Of a stretch of 64,000 bases of DNA, positions 14,341-25,581 are shown piece by piece. The notes beneath the pieces were generated by a model. That model saw only the letters and a program-made list of their open reading frames with translations. It made no database searches and was not told the origin of the DNA. Location: the NCBI GenBank assembly GCA_028534125.1, contig CM052816.1:92878001-92942000 (forward strand), in the 5' to 3' direction. Origin of the DNA: Lama glama. Lineage: Eukaryota. Position numbers and translations under genes: made by a program. The first letter of the stretch is position 1, and each line of letters starts with the position of its first letter.

Positions 14341-17300
14341 GAGTACCTCAGGCAAGGAAAGCTGCCCTGAGAACAACAGATGGCACCGTGTCGGCACCCA
14401 AGACAGGCAATCTGGCATCTCGAGTATCCTAAGATCACTTGAAACTGAATCACAAAATATTTACTCAACTCCAACAAGTGCAGAGTTTGTCCTTTTCACC
14501 AAAATGTTTTTTAAACTCTTTATTCTGCATAACCTGGCAGATGTCAGGAATAAAACACTAGTGATTTTATAAAATCTGTATTCACAAATCCAAAGTTACT
14601 GTCCACCTTGTTGATGTTCCGGCCTAAGTTCTCGGCTGGCAAGGAGAAAAGCGAGGTTGTGATTATGAAAGAAACAAAGACAGAATCACGCTTCTTATCC
14701 GCAAATCTAACAGAGCAGGGTCTGCTCCCAGCTCAACCAGGACTGGCTCAGCAGCAGAACAAATGAAAACTTCAACGACAAAACACATTCATCCCTGTAA
14801 GAAAGAAGCCTTTCTTTCATTATTTTAATAAGTCCTTTCTCCTCCCCTCCCCCCATGTATCGTTCTGTCATTGTTTTATAAGGAAATACATCATTTTAAC
14901 AATTAGGAAACACAAAATGTAACATCTAAGTAGCAATAACTCCTTGGAGCACTCTGTATAAAGCAAACCTTCACAGCACCCTTTACTCAATAAGAGTTCT
15001 ATGTGAGATCAAATTGAAATAAAAATTCAAATGTCAAGGCCTATTACAAAAGTTCATTTTTGTTCATAAATTCAAAAATTCTAGCAACAAAAAAAAAACA
15101 TAATTTATTCAGGTTACAAACTGGATTGAATGTGACTGCTAAAAACACTCCTTGGCACAATGATTTTCAAAAACACAGATTCAAAGGTCCATCCCGACTG
15201 AGAGCCAACTGCAAGCCAGATATTACACTGACGCTGCAGGGAACAAAAGTGAGTCGGACAAAGCCGGCGACACAAGTGTTTACAACTTCACGGCAACGCA
15301 GAGAGAATGGCACTCTCCGTACCTTGGAGCCTCAACTATCAGCAAAACAAACCACCAGCACCACAGCAAAAACACCTGGTAACTTTCGCTTTTTCTTAAA
15401 ATCCTTACTGCCTCCATTAACTCTTGGCTGGGCATCAGCTTTGTGAATACCATGTGCTGCATTTCAAAATGGTGGGGAAAATAGCATGCGATTCATTCCA
15501 GGACTTCAACTTACTGTATGTGGCATAATAACTAGACACAGAAGAAAGACAGGCCAAAACTGACATTCCATAAAACACTATCAAGTCCCCATTCATCACT
15601 TCTGGCTTCTCTGGCAAAGGAACTTTTTCATCTCATGACCTTCCCACTGTTAACACATCTTGGTATTAACAAGCACTCATGCTGTGTCGAATTTGCCCAA
15701 ACATCACCAAACATTAAAATAAAACTTTAAATAAACATGAATGTATCTGCCAAGTATTAGCTCACACTGGCATGGCAAAACCTTCAGGCTTTTTGTCCAA
15801 GACTCTCAAACATCAGAAACTGGTTACCGTACTGATGTACGAATGAGGGGCTGTCATTTCAGAGGCAAATGAAAGTCAACCCAGTGCCTCTGTCCAGGTG
15901 AGGCTGACCCTGCCCGTGTGAAAGGCAACTCAAAAGTAGCATCAACCAGAATGTTTCATCAAGGCACCAACAGTACAGCCTTTCACTTCCATTTTAAATG
16001 AGTCCAAATTTAGAGTGTGCTCTGGAACAACGTGAAAATCTTACTTGAAGTATGTTTTTATAGTTCTTTAATATCCATCCACTGGATGACTCACAGTTAT
16101 GGATCATAGAGGCCAGGTACTTTTATTTCTAAAAAAGGAATATGTTTGAGAGCTGGGGAGGCTGGCCTGGTGCTCTAAAGCTTGGTGACGAGGCAAGAAA
16201 AACAAGGGAGAAGCTAGATCATCTCCAGCTAGGAAAAGTGATTTTAAGGACCAAAAGCTCGTTTAAAATGTCACACTTAACTCAAGTTTGCAATTTATTT
16301 TCCAGTATAGTCTCATGAATCAAGTCAACATTTAAACACTACTCAGTAGTGGCTCTACCTCTTAAAAGTCTGTTTAACAAGCTATTCAAAACACCCAGGT
16401 CCCAGGCTGCTGAAAAAAGTATTTTGAAAACATTTACTGGAGCACAGCTAGGCATCAGTCTTCTCAGCAGCTCTTCTCAGGCTCAGGCACTCCAAACAGC
16501 GTAACGGTCATCTCTGCTTCAAAGGAAAAAACCTCACCACACTCCCACCCCCAACTCCATTTCCACCTTCCACAAGGGGACTGCTCACTGGAGAAGCTTC
16601 ACAGAATCATTAAGGAAGTTAACAGTTGTCTATTTCACTTTGCAAATGGGAGAAGTCAGCCTATTTGTAAGAGAAGCAAGTTAGATCTGCCTGCTGCCGT
16701 TGGATTTTCTACAGATGTGTTTGCAGACTATGGGCTTACTCCCAACTGTTCACAGTTCGGTTTATTCTGTCAATTCTGCATTCCAAATATGGTATGTCAG
16801 ATACAAATGCAACACCAACGTGCCCTCTGCTAAATCAAATCAGCCGCAGGAAAAAGCAATTTAAGGAACACTGTGAACAAGCCCCTATAAGCCATCAAAT
16901 AAACACTGAAGACAATTATATCTTCGGTGAAAAATTCTATTACTGGCCACAAACTGCTTAACATACACTCATAACTTAGGTAAGGCAGCATAAAATGTTA
17001 GTGATATTAAATGCAAGGCTTAAAAACTTACCTGTCAAAAGTGAAGACTTGATAAATAGGCAAATGCTTTTTTTTTCACTTGGCAGTAAGAATATGCTTC
17101 ATTTAAATTTTTTATGAAAATACATGTCATGACTTAGCCAAACCCAGGCAAGCCTACTTCTCATCAATTAAATCAATTTCAAAATATTTAAAATTTTTCC
17201 CCTACGTGTCCCAGAAGTTAGTTACCTACCGTCTTCCAACTATTTCATCTTCTTCCCTCCCTGTCTTCTCCCAATCATTATTTCCACTTATCTTTTGGCC

Positions 17301-20300
17301 TCTCCTCGTGTTTTCTCAGGTGTCTGACATGAAATGGCAATGTCCTCAAGTGTCCCCTGCTCCTTGGCAGGGAAGCATCTCTGCATCCGCACATGCAGAG
17401 CAGGTGTGCAGCGTGGCAGGTTATGCACGGACTGCAGGTGTGCATTGTACTCTGGCAGAAGTGGTGGCCAGCCTGGGCCCAGGAGGCCACTCAGAGTCCA
17501 GAAGACCTGTTCTCATGGCCACATTTAATACTTCTATGCCAGTCTTGTCTTTCAAATGTTCCTCAGAGGTGGCCCCCCCATGAACAGAATATGCAGCCCA
17601 CTCAGGACGTGGCTGGATGGACAAGCCCTGTCAATGTTCTTATATACTGACTTTTCAGCTGATGTCAACAGTCCTCAGGATTCAATTCAGAAGACAATGT
17701 TAGGCCCCAGCTCTCCTGGAATCCTCTGTAACTTTGTTTTGGCTTCAACTTTGAGAACACTCACTTTTAGCCTTTCTAAGCGGAAGGAAGGAAAGAAGAA
17801 ATGGCAGAGGATGGGGGGAGGAGGCAGCGAGAGAGGGAGGGGCCCTAATACCATGGGAAAAAGGAGAAAGATCTGGGTGTTATGGACCCAGTCACTGGAA
17901 ATGACTAAAATCCCTTTGAGATCTGGCAGTTCACTCCTATTTCAGGGAAGTCCAGCCCCCTAGCCACCACCCCAACACATGTACAACTTCATTTATGCGT
18001 ACCACACCCCACCAAAATCTACTGATCACTTGCCTGAGAGTCATTTCCCAAGCTGGGTTAAACAAATTGCTCCAGTTTTCTCTAAAGCACATCAGCAAGT
18101 ATTTTTAAAATTTGCTTAACTCAGGATGTAGCAGATTGTAAGGTCACACTAAAGGTTTAACAACAACTCTTTTATTGGGGGTGAGAAGATCGTAACACTT
18201 TAAATAAACATCTCTATTGAAAGATGCACAGAGATTTCAGAAACTTACAGTATCTACAGTTACTCATCACCTCATGTCCTGGTACGGAGAGATACTGGGT
18301 TCATAAAAGCACTGATACATTTTCAGACTAAATGTAATCATCCTTAGAATTCATAGCAATGACTCGATGACTAGAGCTGTGAAAATGTAAACTATAAGAA
18401 TCCTGGGTGTAAAATCCTATGTACTGAACACTGGACAAAAAAAATGTAAGTATATGGGGGACAAAAGCAGCTCATAATTTTGAAATCATGACTAAAATTA
18501 TGGCAAGTTACACTACAAATAATTATCATTAAACATTTCAAATAAATGGCCTTTCCCCCTTCCAAATATCTCTATCTGTCACTTCACTATACTCATCAAC
18601 AGGACAAATTCTAATACGTCCATGACCCCTTAGGTGCTTTTTGCAACCACACTCACACACAAAAACCAAGACCCACCAGTCAACAAAAAATCTACAATAT
18701 TTAAAATTACAAACAAGCTTTATGAAGTGAAAATGTTGAACAGCCTACAGGGTACACTCGTACAAATCGAGGACACTGGACATGGCTCGACCCCGAGTGC
18801 ATCTACAAGTGGCACTGTCCGCGAGCCCCGGGGGGCTGGGCCAGGTCCTGCTCGCGCACCGAGTCAGCGAGCTCAGGGAAGGTGGGCGCCCACAGGAGGA
18901 GTCAGATTTGCGGTTAGGGTTCAGGACACCAAAGGTGACTGATCAGATTAACGAACAATAAGATGCCAACTGCTGCAGAAAAGCACGGGAATCACAAGGG
19001 AAGCACAGCGATGCTCGAAGGGTGTCAAAGCGCGGGATGAAAACTGGACCCAGAAAGTGTCCACCCTCACTCCCACTAACCTAACTTGAATTTTTTTTTC
19101 CTGAAACATCAAGAACTATCCACATATAGTATGTACTGAAAAGAACCATGATGAAACAAGTGTTTTACAATGGAAGTTTACTTCAGGAGCATATAAAAGA
19201 TGCTAACATGCAATCCTCCCTCTAAAATTCCATGTCTTACTCATATGAGGACAGAACAGTTAGGAAGGGAAGTAAGACTCCTCCAAACCAATGACGTCCT
19301 GCACCACAGCAGACAGCTAATATTAAGCAAATGCAAACACAGTCCAGCGCGTGGACGCTTTCCCATCTTCTCAATATGACAAAATCACAAGTTCAAAGCC
19401 ACAACAACACTGTTAGTGTCTTTATTGGTTCAGGGGGCAGTGAAAGGCACCTTGCAGAACCCAAGCCCTGTGATCCGATGACTGGACAGAGGCCATGAGC
19501 AGGGGACAGCCTCGCAGCTGTAGGACACAGAGTTTGCAGCAGCTGCCAGTTGTCTTTTTGCTCAGAGGACACGAGAACAGTGTGCAGTATTTCCTTCAAC
19601 TCCCCAAACATCGGTGCTGCTAAGGTGAGCAGCAAACCTCTCCTAACCAAAACATTTCCAAATCCCTGTGGATAAAGTCTGCAAGCCAGGCAATCAGTGA
19701 GCAACGGGCTGGATTTTCAGTGGACACGGAACCAGCGATGTGCACAGGCAGTAGGCTCTGGGAAGCCTGCTCATCTGGCCCAGGAGCTGTGAAGTCAAGG
19801 TCAAGGGGAAGTCCTCATGAATGCATCAGAGAGCACACAGAAAGCGGGAGAGAGAATGCATATTTTTCAACTGTGGGATTCATCTTCTCTCACGAGCCAT
19901 GTTCCCTTGGGTAATACGTTTGAAAAACAAATGCTTACCATGAAAACAAATTCAGTCACCGTCTGTCGAAGGCTAATAGCTGGTAGCATCCCACAGAACC
20001 CCAGGCCACCAACGCAGGGGATCCTGAAAAGTGTAGCCAGGAATGGGGGCAGCTCACCGTGCATCCTTCCTCGGAAGATGGGGAGCAGAAGGGACACAAC
20101 GTTCGGTTCAGTCCAAGTTCGAAACCTAATCCCATTAGGGAGGCGGGGGAAATGAGGCTGATGGTTAAGTAGCAGTGTTGAACTCGTTTTTTTTTTTTTC
20201 CTTTTTTAAATTCGAGTTTCTTTAAGGATTTTTTTTAATGGGGGAGGGTCGGGGGATTGGTCAAAGAAGGAAATCTTTACCAATTAATAACTTTGTTTAA

Positions 20301-21904
20301 ACCAGTAACATTTAGGGGATGCATTAATTCTTCTGAAAGAGCACACTACATTTTTTTTTGTAAACTGATGCCTTTTTAACAGCCTTTTAAAAAACAAAGT
20401 CTCTAAGGGCACAATTTTTTTATTATTTGTATTTACTGGACTCCTCCTATTGAAGAAAGGAAGGGAAAATAGCCCTGTTTAAACCACAATCTGGTTGATC
20501 CAGAGAGAAGACAGATCACAAGAATCACTGCACAGGCACAACCTCAGCACCGCAGAGCCGCAGCCGCGCAGAGCCTGAGTCACAGCTCTCAGCCAAGGGA
20601 AACGTAAGGGAAGTTCCAGGAGAGGAGTAACCAACCTGGCCACGATAAGGCATTAGCCACAGGAAGTGGAAGGAGCAGTGTCCTCTGAACCCTACTGGAA
20701 GACGGCCCACATCCCCAGATCCCAGGGGCCATCTGGGCTCCATCCTGAGGTACTCGGGGCTGTCTGCAGGCTGTGTGAGGAGCAGGGCACGGTCCTGGCT
20801 TGGGGCAAAGTGCACTGAGGGGCGATGCCTTGCCGCCCGGGTGGAGGCAGAGCGTATATGCCAGTCTGTGCCATCCCTGCTCCGGGAGGAGGTAACAGCA
20901 ATGCCAAGGTTCTCAGCAGTACTTGGTCCTATTTTCCTTATGAATTCTCTAGAAAATCAGGGAATGATTTAAAAAATCATCAGAACTCCAAATTCACAAC
21001 TGGGGAGCACTTCTGTCAGGAGAAATTAAGTGAATTCTTAAATGCTAGTGAGTTTCCCCATGGGTAATTTCATAGGATGAAAACAAAATGTACAAAAATC
21101 GTTAAGATAAATCCTAGAAAAAAAGCATGTGAAGTATAACACTGTCCTTTTCAATTAATGATATTCTCTCAAAGACCAAGTTTCTGCATGTAAATTTCTC
21201 ACTAATTTTTATATTTCAAACCTTAGCAAAATTAGGGCATAGAACACACTTCCATTATTACAAATGAGACTGTTAGCCAAACCTACAGGCAAGTAGGAAG
21301 AAACTTCATTGCACCGACAAGCCAATCCCTTCTAAAACAGACTGTCTCCCTGCTTTCAAAACTATTCATCCCACACTCTGACAACAGTTCCTATCAGACA
21401 CAAGTGTGTCCCGAGGTTGAAGCAGCTGTCAGGCAATCCAGGGAATGCTATCAAGACCAAAGGTGATGTGATGGAGGCTCACCCTGGTTCCCCTCTGGGG
21501 AGCACGGCGCCAGGTGAGAGGCCATGAAGTCACTGACAAGGGAACCATGTCCCTACAGGGTGCCCTGCCCCACTACCAGCCTTGTCCTGCCAGGCCGGCT
21601 GCAGAAGGGCTGCAGAAGGGCCGAGTCCAATGCATTAGATCAGGCTCTGCTTAGGGAGGGGTCCCCCATGCTGGGCCCGAGGCCTCTGTTTCCACTCACC
21701 AGTGCTGAGCCACTGCTCCCCTCCACCCCAATCAGCTCTGTACTTGGAATGTCCTTTCTGTGTCACTTTCAGCGGGCTGCGACCTCCAGGTTAGTATCCT
21801 TTGTTCCACATACCCTGGTCATCTCTCTCCACCCACAAAGACAGCTTAACTGGAAGAAATGCTAAAATTTAAAGAGACAAGATGGTACCAGACAAAGAAC
21901 ACAA

Positions 21905-22020
21905 TAAGCCTCAGAGCTAGAGCGAGGTCTGGATCCCAACACTTCCACGCGTCCCAGCCTATTACCTTCATCAAATTAAGACGGTTAGTGTCTCAGGGCC
22001 TCATCTGTTCATGGAGAGAG
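21905..22020 (+). mobile_element. MIR SINE fragment (degraded)
   Basis: ggtctggatcccaacacttcc...gtgtctcagggcctcatctgttcatgg. Confidence 0.45.
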
Positions 22021-24454
22021 AAGAGGGTCAACATGAAGAGGGACTCTGGAAAGAGCCCATGAGACATTCAACAGAATAGCTCAGCAGGGGCTCCCTGGGG
22101 ATGGAAAACACAGCAGTGTACCCTGATTTCCTACCCGACACAGAGCACATGCTCAGGGAACAGCAGTCGCCGGGCTGCCACGCCACAAGTGGCAGAGCCA
22201 GAATACAAAACTCTCCGGATTTTTGGCTCTTTCCACTGTGCCAGGTACTTCTCTGGCTATCTACTCAAGTTTCAGCCTAACCTTGGCTGAAATCCTCTCA
22301 TCTGTCTATTTTCAGTACCCCTGACCTTGGTCTGTAAGGCAAAGCGAGAGGAAGCCAGAGCCCCGAGTGCACTGAAATGGCCCCCCAAAAGGGATTCCTG
22401 CAACACAGCTGCCCTGGGGCTACTGTGGACGCACATCCCATGTGAGTGTTCCATGCTCCACCTCAAAGACATCCCGCCCAGAAACACCCAATCACAGGCC
22501 TGCCCACAGCCATTCACAACCTGGCACAAGGGCCATCAGGGTCTCAGATCGGATGGATAACAGCCAGCACCAGGATGAGTGGGCAGCCAACAACAGCAGA
22601 TGGGGCCAGTAACCAGCTCCCAGACTCATCTGTGCTTCGCAGGGTCCGTAAGGCACTGAGTGGGGCTCCAACTTCAGTTTCAACAGATGGCCCAACCTTT
22701 GGAGAGGCACTAACAGAATTGTGACCTAATCAATGTCTGGGAAGAGTTTTCCCCTTTCAGTGTTTTCTAACACATTTTAAGGCATCTAAGAACAATATGG
22801 TGTCTCCAGAAAATATCCACATTTATTCTATACTCCTCAAATAAGGTATCTTTTTTCATTACTTAGAAAGAGGCTGTAACTTAAGTTAAAAAAAGAAGAG
22901 ACTGAGACATAGTGCTAATAGAAGAATCAAAAAAAATCAAAAATGCACTTTAATATTCCATTGTCGGTTATTTTTTTAATGATCCATACAATGGAACCCA
23001 AAAAAATTCTAAAAGTGAATGTGTATAAATGCCACTTTCTTGCATGATCTTTATACCTTAGTTCTTTTCTGAAGGATTTCACTGGACAAAGCTAAATATT
23101 TTATCATGTGTAGAAAAATAAGTCAACTCAAATAATAAACTCCAAAAGCAAATTAAAACGATCTACCTGTATTTTCATATTCAAAGATGAGACAGTTCCA
23201 ACACATGTCCTACTTCTGTGATTTTTTTTTCTTTAAAGCTAAAAATGAGACTCTTAACCGAAGTCCAATTTAGGTTATTTTTTTTCTAAAGCAAGCGAGT
23301 CTTATTTAGGTAAGAGTACTGACAGCTTCCGTTTAACTCAATACTCTCAGCACAGTTAAAGAAAAAGAGTGGTAAAATCAGTTAGCCTCTTTTGCCCCAT
23401 TCGCTTCAAAGTAATCTTTTTTAATCCAATGAGAATAAGAAGCTCCAGGCAGTATGTAATGATCAGCCTGGAAATTCAGGCCACACAGACTGAAAATATC
23501 AGCATGTAACCAGCTTTTTATCTAGGTTATTTCAGGAGGTTGCACCAGAAAACTAGGGAATATAATACACAGACCTGACTATGTCTGTGTTATAGTTCAT
23601 TGGTACTTTACCCAATATGCCTTCCAAAACCAGGTAAATTTAAAAGATATATATATACACACATAATATGTAGAAAATTCCAGACTGTAAGAAAAACACG
23701 TTTTAATAGACAATTTGTTTATTTAAATATGTATACTTTTGAAGAATTCTGAGGGCAGAAAAAGTGAAAAAGAACACATTTTTATTTTAAGGTGGTTTTA
23801 AAATCGCATTTAAACATGCCTTTAACCTAGCATTACCGAACAATTAAGAACAAATACAGAACAATTCCTCTAACAAAGAAGCTGCCAAGGGTTCCAGTGC
23901 TGGAGACGATGTTCCCCGCGTTCTGGGACACCAGACTCACGCCAGGGGATCAGGCAGATGCCGGCCAGGGCTGGGAGAGGCTCTCTGGCCAAAGTAACTC
24001 CTCACTCACTCAGAACAGGACGAAGTTAAAAAGGCTTTTTCACCACCCTTCTTCTGTGATTGGAGAGGGGGGTTGAAGCACAAAGACCCCCTTCTGAGTT
24101 CTTGTGAAGACGAGGAGGCCGCACGCCAGGTCCTGAGTGTTGACAAATCCTGATTCACGGCTCTCAGCCCACTCAGCTTACACATGAAACGGGTGATTCA
24201 GCCACTCGAGAAGCTGGGGGCGGGGGTGGTCTCTGAATGTACTTTAGGTCTGTTTTTAAACAGACCGCTATTGACAGGGGCTCTGAGTCAGCACCATCTC
24301 TTCTGACTCCTCTTCTCAACCAGTTGTCAATGCCTTTATGTGTCCAATACTGAATCACACATTATTGTATACAAGTTGGGGAGAAGTCACAAAACACTCA
24401 TCATTGGGAGTCATGAGTATCTTAACATGACTCTCATCTTCTGTGGTCAGTAAA

Positions 24455-24587
24455 TCGAGTGACTGTACATCCTGGTTCAACAGGGACAGTCCCAGTTTGC
24501 ACCTGTTGTTCCAGAATAAAGATCATAACACCCTCTTTCACTCTCAAAAGCATCTCTGTTTGGATCATAAATTATATGGTCAGCCTA
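24455..24587. mobile_element. MER94-like hAT-Blackjack MITE
   Basis: About 133 bp: gtgactgtacatcctggtt...gggacagtcccagttt...ctttcactctcaaaag...gtttggatcataaattatatggtcagccta, with degenerate (tagggtgac/gtcacccta)-type terminal inverted repeats. Confidence 0.8.
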
Positions 24588-25429
24588 TCAATTAAGGATG
24601 TCAAGTTAAGGAAGCATCACATTTGACAGCAACACCGGTCACCTTTTAAACATCAAGCAGGGACCAGGCTTTTTAACCACGACACAGAGCACAAGGTGAT
24701 AACCTGGGGCTTCTAAGTTGAATCTTGGCAGTAAGTACCTCAGCCAACTTGGACACTGATCCTTTTCTCTGCCCTTCTAAGTGGAGGCATTTCTGTGCAG
24801 ACAACCATCACCAACAGTGACCTCTCTTTTCATCTCTGGCGCCAAGTAGAAAGCCTTTGCTGTGTGGTCCTCACACCACACCTACAGCTTGGTTGCTCCA
24901 GCTCGGCAAATACAGGGCAATGAGGGCCAAATGAAATCTCTGCCCTAAAGGAGACAGTTTTAGGGAAGAATGGTTAAAAGAAGTGGGGAAATGAAGAATT
25001 ACTTCATGAGCTAGGAAAATCATGGGGTAGGAATATTTGTAAAAAATAAAAATAAACACGAGGCACATACACAATAAACAATATTAATGTAATCTATGAT
25101 AAACAGATAAATGAAACAGAAAAAGTAGACAACACTGATAAAACCCTTGCAGTGAGGCAGAAACTGAGCCAAGTCGTGGTACAGCCAGGGCTGATTTTGC
25201 TTTCATTTAACCTGCAGCAATGGGCCTGTGGACGTGCCAGGGAAGGTCTTATATTCACATACAGACGCAAAGGAGCCTCCTTCACATAGAACTCTGAGGC
25301 GCCTGACACAAGCAGACAGGAGCAATTATTCCTCTCCCAGGGGCCCGCGGTCCTAGCTGAGGGAGGGAAGCCACTTGGTCCAGCAGTATCTATCCTCTTC
25401 TTTTCTCTCTTTTTCTCTCCGTCTCCCTC

Positions 25430-25581
25430 TGTCAGGTTTCTTTTCTTTTTTATTTCTTTTTTTTTTCCAGGGGGGGAAGAATTAGGCTTACGTATTTATT
25501 TCTAGAGAGGTACTGGGGACTGAACCCAGGACCTTGTGTATGCTAAGCATGCACTCTACCATTTGAGCTATATCCTCCCCC
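25430..25581 (-). mobile_element. Camelid tRNA-derived SINE (Vic-type)
   Basis: Reverse strand reads ggggaggatatagctcaaatggtagagtgcatgcttagcatacacaaggtcctgggttcagtccccagtacctc, with A and B boxes and an A-rich tail. Confidence 0.9.
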
